Assembly: GCA_963759805.1 (NCBI GenBank)
Contig: CAVXAT010000011.1
Coordinates: forward strand, 32,001 to 96,000
Reading direction: 5' to 3'
Length of the DNA: 64,000 bases
Source of the DNA: an uncultured bacterium
GTDB lineage: Bacteria; Babelota; Babeliae; Babelales; RVW-14
Under the pieces are notes generated by a model. The model made no database searches, was not told where the DNA came from, and saw only the letters and a program-made list of their open reading frames with translations. How positions within the stretch are numbered: position 1 is the stretch's first letter; the number at the start of each line of letters is the position of its first letter. The position numbers and the translations under genes were made by a program. Below, piece by piece: positions 51,501-61,339 of this stretch.

Positions 51501-51642
51501 TTTCTTTTTGCAAAGCTCACATTATTTTGTTAGAATTTTTCTAGTATCTCAAATAAGAACCGTCATTCACTAAATTTATCGGTTTTGCTTCGGGATTGGT
51601 GAGGGGTTTAAAGATTTAATTTGATTTTTTAAGAGGAATACA

Positions 51643-53472
51643 ATGAGTTTTAAGCAAAGGCTTGATATTCGAAATATTGCCATCATTGCACACGTTGACC
51701 ATGGCAAAACAACTTTAGTTGACCAAATGTTAAAGCAGTCCGGCACGGTCTCTAATATTAATTTGCAGGAAAATGAGCGTGTCATGGATTCCGGCGAACT
51801 TGAAAAAGAACGAGGAATCACTATTCTTGCAAAAAATACATCCATCAGACTCCCCGAAGGACAGATAAACATCGTCGATACACCGGGCCATATGGATTTT
51901 GGTGGTGAGGTTGAAAGAACGTTGCAGATGGTTGAAGGCTTTCTGCTTCTGGTAGATGCAGCTGAAGGACCCCTTCCGGGTACACGTTTCGTTTTACAAA
52001 AGGCATTGCAACTTAATTTAAAACCAATTGTATTGATAAACAAAATTGATAGAAAAGATGCGGATATTGCTCATACCGAAAATTTAATTCATGAACTTTT
52101 CTTGGACCTTGCAACTTCTGAAGAACAGCTTGATTTTCCAATTTTATACGGCTCTTCAAGACAAGGTTTTGCAAGTCTTGATTCAAACACTCCTCATGAA
52201 GGAACACTTGATCCATTATTTCAAGCAATACTAAAACATATTCCGGTTCCGTCACAAGAGACAAACGATCTTGCCATTCTAATTACAAACATTGATCACT
52301 CCGAATATCTTGGAAGAATTGCAATCGGTCGTATATTCAGCGGAACAATCCATATTTCAAACCAGTTAATTGCCTGCAAAGACAAATATGTTGGCCAACC
52401 CACAAAAGTTCTTAAAATTTACCAATTTCAGGGAATTAAACGTGTTGAGGTTGAATCCGCACAATTTGGGGACATTGTTGCACTGGCCGGAGTAGAAGAA
52501 GAGATTACAATCGGAACAACGCTGTGCGATGTTGGCAAACCCAACCCTCGTCCGTACGTTGCCGTTGATGAACCAACACTTTCCATTAACTTCTCAGTCA
52601 ACGACTCACCTTTTGGCGGCAAAGAAGGCGATTATCTGACCTCCAGACACATTCGTGACAGACTGTTCAAAGAATTAAAAACAAATTTGGCCTTACGGGT
52701 TGAAGAGACCGAATCTGCAGATACTTACAAAGTTTCCGGACGAGGGCAACTACACCTTTCAATTCTTGTTGAGCAGATGCGTCGCGAAGGATTTGAACTG
52801 CAACTCTCAGCGCCGGAAGTTATTTACAAAACAGTTGATGGCAAAAAGTGCGAGCCTTATGAGTATTTAATTATCGATGTTTGCGATGAGTACCAAGGAA
52901 TTATAATGGAAACGCTTGGTAAACGCCGAGCTATTCTTAAAAATATGATTCACCATGGTGCTAACAAAGTTAGACTCGAATTTAAAATTCCTGCGCGAGG
53001 CCTGATTGGATTTAGAAGCCAATTTTTAACTGATACCCGCGGAACAGGAATGCTCAGCCACAATTTCTTGGGATACGAAGAGTATGCCGGTCCAATTGCA
53101 GGACGAACAAAAGGGGCTATGATCTCCATGGAAGCCGGAACAATTACAGGATATGCGCTAGACACGCTTCAAGAACGTGGCGTACTGATCTCAAAACCAA
53201 CTGATGAAGTTTATGAGGGCATGATTGTTGGTGAACACAGCAGAGAGAATGATTTAGCAGTTAATCCTACAAAGCGCAAAAAACTTACAAATATGCGAGC
53301 TTCAGGCAGTGATGATGCAATAAATCTTGCACCTCCACGCACCATGACAATTGAAACTGCTCTTGATTGGATTAATAACGATGAATTAATTGAAGTTACG
53401 CCAAAATCAATTCGTATGCGTAAAAAATATCTCAATGCAACCGATCGTAAACGTAAAGAAAGAACAGAATAA
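51643..53472 (+). CDS. typA: Translational GTPase TypA/BipA
   Basis: AHVDHGKTTLVD, ERGITILAKN, GRGQLHL and KKLTNMRASG motifs. Confidence 0.97.
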   Translation: MSFKQRLDIRNIAIIAHVDHGKTTLVDQMLKQSGTVSNINLQENERVMDSGELEKERGITILAKNTSIRLPEGQINIVDTPGHMDFGGEVERTLQMVEGFLLLVDAAEGPLPGTRFVLQKALQLNLKPIVLINKIDRKDADIAHTENLIHELFLDLATSEEQLDFPILYGSSRQGFASLDSNTPHEGTLDPLFQAILKHIPVPSQETNDLAILITNIDHSEYLGRIAIGRIFSGTIHISNQLIACKDKYVGQPTKVLKIYQFQGIKRVEVESAQFGDIVALAGVEEEITIGTTLCDVGKPNPRPYVAVDEPTLSINFSVNDSPFGGKEGDYLTSRHIRDRLFKELKTNLALRVEETESADTYKVSGRGQLHLSILVEQMRREGFELQLSAPEVIYKTVDGKKCEPYEYLIIDVCDEYQGIIMETLGKRRAILKNMIHHGANKVRLEFKIPARGLIGFRSQFLTDTRGTGMLSHNFLGYEEYAGPIAGRTKGAMISMEAGTITGYALDTLQERGVLISKPTDEVYEGMIVGEHSRENDLAVNPTKRKKLTNMRASGSDDAINLAPPRTMTIETALDWINNDELIEVTPKSIRMRKKYLNATDRKRKERTE

Positions 53473-53516
53473 ATTTGGTCACGCAATAAACTGCATGGTT
53501 TTGTTTTTAAATTTTA

Positions 53517-53549
53517 AAAGCCGCTTGTTTAATTACAGGCGGCTTTTTT
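53517..53549 (+). terminator. Terminator after typA
   Basis: AAAGCCGC...GCGGCTTTTTT. Confidence 0.7.
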
Positions 53550-53686
53550 GCGTATAAAAATAAAATAAAAATAAAAATTTGTTTTTATGTGTTTTCTAAA
53601 ACTATAAAATCATTTAAAATTATCAAATACGCATCTGCTGATATATACATTTTTTCTTATTCTCAAAAAATAAATCAAGGAGGAGT

Positions 53687-56600
53687 ATGAAGAAGAAGTT
53701 AGTTTTTATATGGCTTTTAGCGTTCATCACTCAATGTTTACAATCATCTACAAATAAATTACCACGCAATAAATCCATACGTAAATGGTCCCGGCAGTTA
53801 AGTCGCTCAATCTCGGTCGGATCGCTGGGAGCGGATGCAAATGTGACGGCATTTGCAGGTCCGAGCCAATTTTATATCGGTACAGCCGCAAATAATGCGG
53901 ACAAGTCCCTAACACGGGTATACACTACTCGTGGAGATGATGGTACCCTGAACCTGGGATTTCAAGGTATGGCTCCAAACGACGGCAGTGTAATGATCAA
54001 CACCGAACCTGACCAAAACAGTCCCCTGAATGCACAAAACATTAGTAATCTTGTAATCGGCGCTAATAAGTACCCAATAGTTGGCCTGGTTGATGGAACA
54101 GATGGGGTCGAGGAATACCCTACCGAAGGGATATTTATATATCAAGTTATTGATACAAATAAGGGCGAATTTATTTTACAAACAGCAAGTGCAGATCTTT
54201 CAGATAAATATCCACTAAATGATGCCGAAGGTGTAGATATTTCAAGTGAGTATCCAGAACCCGGTACGGCCAAAGGGCTCCATGCGCTTGCAGCAACACA
54301 AAAAAATGTTTTTTCGAACGTACCTATGATATTTGCGCTTGTTTCCAGTAGCACATCTCTAAATGCTGCAAAACCTGCAAGTATTGGTGTTGTACCTGTA
54401 AGTGTTAACACTGATTATCTTAATCCACTTGACGCTACCGATTTCGCTAAGTCAGGAGAAGAGAACAAAGCGAAACCAATTATGGGAATGCTCACAATTC
54501 CAACCAATTCTTCAACAATTCCAACATTTCTGGAAGGCGCGCTGGTAAATATGTGGTGGGATGATACTTTACAAACTTTGTATATCGCAGTATCAGCCAT
54601 GCAAACGGGAAATAATGCCGGCAATGGCGCAATCGCGCTTTTGATTGGAAAAATAACAAGCGTAACCACCGGAGTCATCACAACCAACAGCTTGCAAATA
54701 CAAAAAAGCGTCGATCTTTCAACTTCAGGCTGGCCCACCGGAGCTACAAATAAAAATTGGATCGTTGGGTATGTAAATGATAGCACCACTAAAACACAAA
54801 CTATAAATCTTTACAAAGTACGCGTAATGCATACAAGCACCGGTAAAGATTATGTAATATTAAACGGTGAAGTTGCTCAAACTATCGACAACACAATGTG
54901 CGTAGTTTATGCCCTACCGGTCATGCCAAATAATCCTAACCTGCCAAATAATAATGCCAATGCCGGAAAATTGGCAACTGCAGATCCCAATACCGGAAAT
55001 TTTTCGGTAATAACTCAGGGGAGCCAGTTACTTAGAGACACAGATCCTAAATCCATCGTTGGAACAAATCCCCCAACAGTTGGAGCCAACACCCTAACCA
55101 ATCCCCAATATATTGTTCACGCAACCACCGCCGCAGCATTTTCTAACGCAACAATCAATGATATGCAAATTTCAGGTGATACAGTTTATGTCTCAGTAGC
55201 AGGAGATCGAGGTAATGGTGGATCAAATACAGCAGGAGAAGCCGGGATATTCGCTTCAACTGCAGTTTTTGATAAAAACGGTGTAATTCGTGCATGGACT
55301 CCATGGCAAAGGGTTATGGGATTTACAGACAAAGCTTATGGATTTGGCTTTGACACGGGATCAAATAACTTTTGGTACATTGGTACGGATAAACAGACAG
55401 CAAAAATGACGGCTTGGAGTTCCGGAGATGCATCTCCAACAGGAATTCATGAAGGAAGTCCTCTTTCCACCGCACTTCAACCCTATTTTTCCGCAAATGC
55501 ACTTGGAATCGTAAATCTTTCAAACTTTGATGATCAAACACCTGGATTTAAACCATGGGATCCGGCATCTTTATATCCGGCCTTTTCAATGATGATCGCA
55601 TCCGGATTGGGCAATGTTGCCTTGATACAAACAGGCGACCGATCAAGCACAAATCAATCTGCCTTTAAACCAACAACAGGTTTCGTTCCTACACTTGTTC
55701 AAAGTACAACTACTACAACATCAGGAACCCCTAATGTTTTTGTTTTTAACAACACGGTCACTCAAGCCTTAGGATTTATAACAACTGCTGAAGTTTCACG
55801 AACACAAACATCTGCCATTCCTTCAAATAGGCAAACGGTATATCAGACAGGTGGGTGGTTATTTATTGGCGGCAGCAATGGTATTGCAGTACTATGCCAA
55901 TCAGACGGCTCGGGGTGGAATACATCTACCGGGCTTTCAGGTTTATCCAACACAAACTTTCCTGTTAATGGGTACGCCTTTAACCTGCTAACGCCACCAC
56001 CAGGCGTAACTCCGGCATACAATTTTTCAAACATTTTAAAACTCGTATCTGACGGCAAGTATCTTTATATTTTAACCCCATCTGATTTATACAGACTTGA
56101 AATGAATGCAAATGATTTTGCACCTAATGCAACTATAAATCCCAGACGCATAAATCGCATTGCGGGGATTGATAAAGACATTGACAGATTTTTTGACTTA
56201 TTAGTAATTGATGGCACAAATAACGCAAAAAAACTCGCAATTGCAACAACACAAGGCGTTTGGGTGTCCACTGAGATAAAAGATAATTTTGTACCTATAA
56301 CTAGGACCCAAAAATTGGATGGCCCATCATTAAGCTTTGACTTTTTATCCGTTCAACGCGGAGGCGGCACCACTGACAACAACGGTAATAATATGGTCAA
56401 TGGCAACCTGTATGTGACAGCCATCGATCCTACATTCAGCAATTTAGCCGTTTATCGTTTTGACGTAAATAATGGTTCATTAACTTTATTTAATGAGCCA
56501 TACGATACAAAATATTTTTATACACTAGCAACTCTAGGAAACACATTTAAGGGAATACAATTTGGAGTTCTTGATCACGTTGGACGCAACGGTCAACTCT

Positions 56601-56791
56601 CGCAAAGCATTGGAGTAATACCTGATCCAATTAAATTTTTACCAAAAACTTTAAGCATTTTACCGTATTATGCAGCCATTGATCTGGGAATGGATCCCCA
56701 AGCGGCCTTGCATCTTTTTTCAATAATCCAAGATACGGCATCAGGAGCCCTTTACATACCGGGAGAATTTAATGTTTTTGTTAACGAATAG
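53687..56791 (+). CDS. Large secreted beta-rich hypothetical protein (paralog 1)
   Basis: 1034 aa, signal peptide, AAGGAGGAG RBS, motif blocks shared with the next gene. Confidence 0.85.
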   Translation: MKKKLVFIWLLAFITQCLQSSTNKLPRNKSIRKWSRQLSRSISVGSLGADANVTAFAGPSQFYIGTAANNADKSLTRVYTTRGDDGTLNLGFQGMAPNDGSVMINTEPDQNSPLNAQNISNLVIGANKYPIVGLVDGTDGVEEYPTEGIFIYQVIDTNKGEFILQTASADLSDKYPLNDAEGVDISSEYPEPGTAKGLHALAATQKNVFSNVPMIFALVSSSTSLNAAKPASIGVVPVSVNTDYLNPLDATDFAKSGEENKAKPIMGMLTIPTNSSTIPTFLEGALVNMWWDDTLQTLYIAVSAMQTGNNAGNGAIALLIGKITSVTTGVITTNSLQIQKSVDLSTSGWPTGATNKNWIVGYVNDSTTKTQTINLYKVRVMHTSTGKDYVILNGEVAQTIDNTMCVVYALPVMPNNPNLPNNNANAGKLATADPNTGNFSVITQGSQLLRDTDPKSIVGTNPPTVGANTLTNPQYIVHATTAAAFSNATINDMQISGDTVYVSVAGDRGNGGSNTAGEAGIFASTAVFDKNGVIRAWTPWQRVMGFTDKAYGFGFDTGSNNFWYIGTDKQTAKMTAWSSGDASPTGIHEGSPLSTALQPYFSANALGIVNLSNFDDQTPGFKPWDPASLYPAFSMMIASGLGNVALIQTGDRSSTNQSAFKPTTGFVPTLVQSTTTTTSGTPNVFVFNNTVTQALGFITTAEVSRTQTSAIPSNRQTVYQTGGWLFIGGSNGIAVLCQSDGSGWNTSTGLSGLSNTNFPVNGYAFNLLTPPPGVTPAYNFSNILKLVSDGKYLYILTPSDLYRLEMNANDFAPNATINPRRINRIAGIDKDIDRFFDLLVIDGTNNAKKLAIATTQGVWVSTEIKDNFVPITRTQKLDGPSLSFDFLSVQRGGGTTDNNGNNMVNGNLYVTAIDPTFSNLAVYRFDVNNGSLTLFNEPYDTKYFYTLATLGNTFKGIQFGVLDHVGRNGQLSQSIGVIPDPIKFLPKTLSILPYYAAIDLGMDPQAALHLFSIIQDTASGALYIPGEFNVFVNE

Positions 56792-56822
56792 TATCCAACC
56801 CATATTTAAAATAAGGAAATTT

Positions 56823-59800
56823 ATGAAAAACAGAAAGTCGCTGATCTTCAAAAAGTCACTGTACAAAAAATCAGTAATATGCTTGATGTTGATGTTGTTG
56901 TTAACTAGTCAAAATGCTACACTTTTTTCATCGGTGGAACATTTTGTCCCTCTCGATCCGGCAGGAACAAATAAACTCATCTTCGGTAAAACTGTTTTTG
57001 ACAACGCAAAATCTAATTTTTTTCTGGGAGCACAAACTTATACTCCCGTTAGCGTTGCCACCACATATGTTGACCCAAAGACATTCGCCATAACCAGAGC
57101 AGCAACTGATAATGCTCTAACCGAAATTTTTGGCATTACACCTCAAACCACTTCAATGCCAAACCCATCACCGGAAGCAGGCAATCCAGTATACGAATCA
57201 GTGCCAAATCCTCTTTATGGACAAGTAATTTTAAATCTTGGCTTATTCAGCAATATTTATCCAATAGTTACATGGACACAAGGTTCCAGCAGTTCCACGT
57301 ACAATTTTGTAGCCTTAATTCTAGCCCCACAGGATGGAAGTGCAACCATAACAACAACCAACACGTTATGTGATGCCGGAGGACAACCAACCCAAGAGAT
57401 AAAGGCTTTAACCGGATCAAATAAATACGTTTTTGCTGCAGTCTCTGCCACCGGCCTAAATTGGAACGATCCTTCCACGACAGATTACAATCGTGGAATA
57501 GCTGCTTTAACAACCACTGTGACTACAGCACCTGCAACGATTTCTCAAATTCCTGCACCAACTATAAACGTTCCTACAAATGCACCAAAGGCTCAAATCG
57601 TTGATGTAAGAACAAATGCCAAAATGATAAGTTTCAGCGATGCAGTAAGTCCTACGCCCGGAACCATACAAGCCCTTATTGGTTCTGATGTCGACATGTA
57701 CTGGGACAGTGGTTTATCAAGACTTTTCATTGGATTATCAGGTGTAAAACGCGACGTCCCTACTAATGAAGGGGGATGCTTCAGCGTTCTGGTTGGAAGA
57801 ATCGATACAGACAAAACATCTGGAAAAGACATTGCTTTTAGTTTATCACCAATTTTATCTTCACCATCAAAAACTCAGTTTACCCCTGATTCAACCAATT
57901 TTATGATTGGTTTTTATTACAATACAACAGGTACAAATGACATCACAATTTCTGCAAACAAAGTACGCGTCATGCACACAAGCACAGGTTACAATTACTT
58001 AATCGTAAATTGCGATGTAACTGAAAGTACTCCTAATACATATAGCGGAGTTTTTGCATTACCTTTGATCGGCGCAACAAAATCGGATGGCACCACACCC
58101 CAGGATCCAAAACTTATTGGAACACTCGCTCAAGTTCAACCAGTTAATTTTTATGCAGCTCCAACCGCCCCTGCAAACATGCCTCAAAAAAATCAAGTCC
58201 CTGTTATAGTCGGAGGTAAAACTTTACCCATGGGAGATTTAAGTGACATGTTTGTACGCGGAGACTCAGTCTTTATTTGTTTAAAGAATTTAACTGATGT
58301 TCAAGACGCAGGAATCTTTCAAAGCACAGCATTGTTCGACAAAAACGGCTTTATCATCGCTTGGACCCCATGGCAGAGAGTCATGGGAGATATTCAGCAA
58401 GTTTATGGTGGAGGTGTTGATAAATTTAGCAATTTCTATTTTCTTGCAACAGAAAATCCAACAGATCCCTCAAAAATAGACCCAAACACCATAAGAATTA
58501 CACAGTGGGGAACAACTGAGAATGTTAATGAAATCGAAACTATAACCATTCCAACCACACCAACCGGTACGACACCTGCAACAAATCCTAAGGCTGAGAT
58601 GAATCCAGATCCAAACAGAAATTTGTCAGCAGTTCTCTCCGGCATCTTTCCCCAGGATCAATGCGGCGCATTGCAGATAATTAATTTCGATGAAAAAACA
58701 CCGGGATTTAATCCAAACTTTTCTATGATGGTTGCGATTGGATACAATTCAGTTGCACTAATTCAAACAATGAAAGCCGGAGTACCGGTAACAAAATTTG
58801 AAACATCGGGCACAAATCAAAATGTTTTTGTCTTTAAAAATGATGCCCTGAATGCAATCGCTCCCCTTTGCTTTGTCGAAGTTGCCAGAAGGCCCGCCGA
58901 TCCATCAACTCCAGATGTTTACGCAAATGCAGGCTGGCTTTTTGTCGGTGGGTACAAAGGCGTTGCTGTCTTGAGCCAAAACGATGGTAGTGGCTGGGAT
59001 TCGAACACAGGTCTTGATAATCTTGCCAAAGCAACCCCTCCAGACACCACCCCAACATTCCCAGGTACTGGTTACACTTTTAAACAATTAACCCCAAGCA
59101 ATGGTGGTGATTTTGACAATGTAAGAAAGCTGGCAAGTTTGATAAGTGCTGATACTCAAAAATTATTTATTCAAACAAGAGATAATTTGTACGCAATTGC
59201 TCAAGATGCAAATAAATTCAGCAATTCTCCAGAGGCACTTAATGAGCAAAAGCTTTTAAATAATCTTCCTGAAGATTTGAAATTCACTGATCTTTTAATA
59301 ATTCCAAATTCGGATGATCCTACGGCAACACAAAGCAACAAATTTACATTTCTGCTCGGCTCAACGTCTGGATTATTTGTTGGGAGTAATTATGATAAAA
59401 TTAATGGGAAAATAGATATTATCAATCCATACCCTGGCGATCCAGTCTTACAACTGTGCTATATTTCGCAAACCAAAGGTCTAAACAGCACCAAAGGCAA
59501 TCTGTATGCACTTTCAGCAAATTTTCTAAGCAGCACCGGCAAAGTTAACAGATATTCAGTCAATGGAAGCCTACCTACGCTGGCCAATCGAATTAATCCG
59601 CTTGGCACAAGTCCATTCATTGATCTCTACAACTTCCGCGGCGATTTCATAACCGATGGAGCCTTCGGGTTCAGCATGATTGCAAGGGGCCCTTCCAACA
59701 ATTTCTTGACTGATCTTTATCAAATCGCACAAACTCAAATAGAAACCGGTTCAATTGATAGTTTACTTGGACTGAAAGGTTCAAACTGGTATATAGGAGT

Positions 59801-59870
59801 AATAAGTCGCAACACTGCCTCAGGATCATGGATGGTCCCAGGCGATTGGGGTATAAGAGTTAACGAATAA
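56823..59870 (+). CDS. Large secreted beta-rich hypothetical protein (paralog 2)
   Basis: Start placed at ATG 56823 after AAGGA; shares KVRVMHTSTG, AWTPWQRVMG, GWLF.GG and the terminal VNE. Confidence 0.85.
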   Translation: MKNRKSLIFKKSLYKKSVICLMLMLLLTSQNATLFSSVEHFVPLDPAGTNKLIFGKTVFDNAKSNFFLGAQTYTPVSVATTYVDPKTFAITRAATDNALTEIFGITPQTTSMPNPSPEAGNPVYESVPNPLYGQVILNLGLFSNIYPIVTWTQGSSSSTYNFVALILAPQDGSATITTTNTLCDAGGQPTQEIKALTGSNKYVFAAVSATGLNWNDPSTTDYNRGIAALTTTVTTAPATISQIPAPTINVPTNAPKAQIVDVRTNAKMISFSDAVSPTPGTIQALIGSDVDMYWDSGLSRLFIGLSGVKRDVPTNEGGCFSVLVGRIDTDKTSGKDIAFSLSPILSSPSKTQFTPDSTNFMIGFYYNTTGTNDITISANKVRVMHTSTGYNYLIVNCDVTESTPNTYSGVFALPLIGATKSDGTTPQDPKLIGTLAQVQPVNFYAAPTAPANMPQKNQVPVIVGGKTLPMGDLSDMFVRGDSVFICLKNLTDVQDAGIFQSTALFDKNGFIIAWTPWQRVMGDIQQVYGGGVDKFSNFYFLATENPTDPSKIDPNTIRITQWGTTENVNEIETITIPTTPTGTTPATNPKAEMNPDPNRNLSAVLSGIFPQDQCGALQIINFDEKTPGFNPNFSMMVAIGYNSVALIQTMKAGVPVTKFETSGTNQNVFVFKNDALNAIAPLCFVEVARRPADPSTPDVYANAGWLFVGGYKGVAVLSQNDGSGWDSNTGLDNLAKATPPDTTPTFPGTGYTFKQLTPSNGGDFDNVRKLASLISADTQKLFIQTRDNLYAIAQDANKFSNSPEALNEQKLLNNLPEDLKFTDLLIIPNSDDPTATQSNKFTFLLGSTSGLFVGSNYDKINGKIDIINPYPGDPVLQLCYISQTKGLNSTKGNLYALSANFLSSTGKVNRYSVNGSLPTLANRINPLGTSPFIDLYNFRGDFITDGAFGFSMIARGPSNNFLTDLYQIAQTQIETGSIDSLLGLKGSNWYIGVISRNTASGSWMVPGDWGIRVNE

Positions 59871-59895
59871 TGTTTTCAAAATTGAAGGGAAATAA

Positions 59896-61179
59896 ATGAA
59901 ATTTAAAAGAATAGTACAGAGCATATTGGCTACAGGCATAATAAGCTCTTCGTGCTTTTGCGTTTTTGCACCATCAAATACATTTCCACCTTATGACCCA
60001 AACGTAAGACTCCCAAAATGCCCAAACATGCATATTCATTTTGGGGCAACGGCAGAGTATGGGCAAGATGACAGCGCAAGAGACTATGGAGGAGATAAAC
60101 ACAATGTTTTAAAAATTTATGATCATTTTCAAGATGCTGCAACAATGCTCAAAAGCCCTTCTGCTGAGAACCAAAGCGCAGTAACAGAAGTATATAACAA
60201 TATGTACGCGGCATTTGGTGGACAACTTTTGACCGCTCCGGTATCACTCGAGGGTAAATATCGAGAATTTGATTTAACATTATTTGGAAAATATACGGTT
60301 AAAAACTTCATTGAAGGAGATTTGAACATAGGCGTACATTTACCCGTATGTTGGCGTAGAATTGATGGAATTAAGTATAAAGACTTATCATCTGAAACTT
60401 TACCAATGGTTCCATATGACTTCCAGCAAAATTATACAAAAACGTTTGAGATCTTCAAAACACAGATGAAGAAGCTGGGCAATCTCGATTTTGGAGAATT
60501 CGATAAATCAGGAGTAGGTGATCTGGTTGTGTTGCTTGAATGGCTGAGAAGTTTTAAGCAAAACAAAGAGGCACTGAAAAATGTTGATCTGTTTTTAAGA
60601 CTTGGGATAAGCTGTCCAACGGCACAAAAAAGAGACATCGACAAAGTCTTCAGTCTCTCACTAGGTAATGACGGTGCCTGGGGCTTGCCTATCGGTTTCG
60701 GGCTGGGACTCGATTTCAGTAACAGCATAAGAGCCGGAGGCGATGTTGATTTTTTTATTTTATTTAATGAAACAAAAGAACGTAGATTAAAAACTGATCC
60801 ACATCAAACGGAATTTTTACTTTTAAACAAGGGCCGCGCCACGCTTGATTCAGGGTTAACATGGAAATTTAACATTTATTTACAAGCCTACCGTTTTTAC
60901 AAAGGGCTTTCGCTTAAAATGGATTATGAGTACATCAAACACGATGACGATACGCTGTATGAAAAAACAGATACATTTGATAGACACATCATCAACACGG
61001 CACATAGTTTAAAAGAGTGGAACACACATAATTTAATCTTCGAATTAAATTATGATTTCTTTGTACCAAAAGGTTTTTTAACCAGACCACAGATAAGCCT
61101 TTTCTACAAATATCCGATAACAGGTAAAAATATTATAAATCTGAACACGTTCGGCGGTCAGCTTGGGTTTAATTTTTAA
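59896..61179 (+). CDS. Putative outer-membrane beta-barrel protein
   Basis: Signal peptide, alternating aromatic strands, G.GD motif and C-terminal GGQLGFNF (beta-signal-like terminal Phe). Confidence 0.72.
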   Translation: MKFKRIVQSILATGIISSSCFCVFAPSNTFPPYDPNVRLPKCPNMHIHFGATAEYGQDDSARDYGGDKHNVLKIYDHFQDAATMLKSPSAENQSAVTEVYNNMYAAFGGQLLTAPVSLEGKYREFDLTLFGKYTVKNFIEGDLNIGVHLPVCWRRIDGIKYKDLSSETLPMVPYDFQQNYTKTFEIFKTQMKKLGNLDFGEFDKSGVGDLVVLLEWLRSFKQNKEALKNVDLFLRLGISCPTAQKRDIDKVFSLSLGNDGAWGLPIGFGLGLDFSNSIRAGGDVDFFILFNETKERRLKTDPHQTEFLLLNKGRATLDSGLTWKFNIYLQAYRFYKGLSLKMDYEYIKHDDDTLYEKTDTFDRHIINTAHSLKEWNTHNLIFELNYDFFVPKGFLTRPQISLFYKYPITGKNIINLNTFGGQLGFNF

Positions 61180-61198
61180 AATATACTTAAATTAAGAA

Positions 61199-61236
61199 TA
61201 ATAAGGGCTCTCCAGATGCGGGAGCCCTTATTATTT
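61199..61236 (+). terminator. Terminator ending the three-gene operon
   Basis: ATAAGGGCTC...GAGCCCTTAT followed by an A/T tract. Confidence 0.65.
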
Positions 61237-61339
61237 TATCATAGTAATTTTTATCACAAAAAGTTTGTCCCTACCCCTTTTTGTGATATGATTATCTCTC
61301 GTTAAGCAAGTTTTAGGAATTTGGGGGCAAAATCAATTC

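Noticed and set aside
51576..52043. 155-aa antisense ORF and similar short ORFs overlapping rlmN, rpoD, lon, rarA and typA
   Set aside because: Shadows of conserved genes with no independent motifs.
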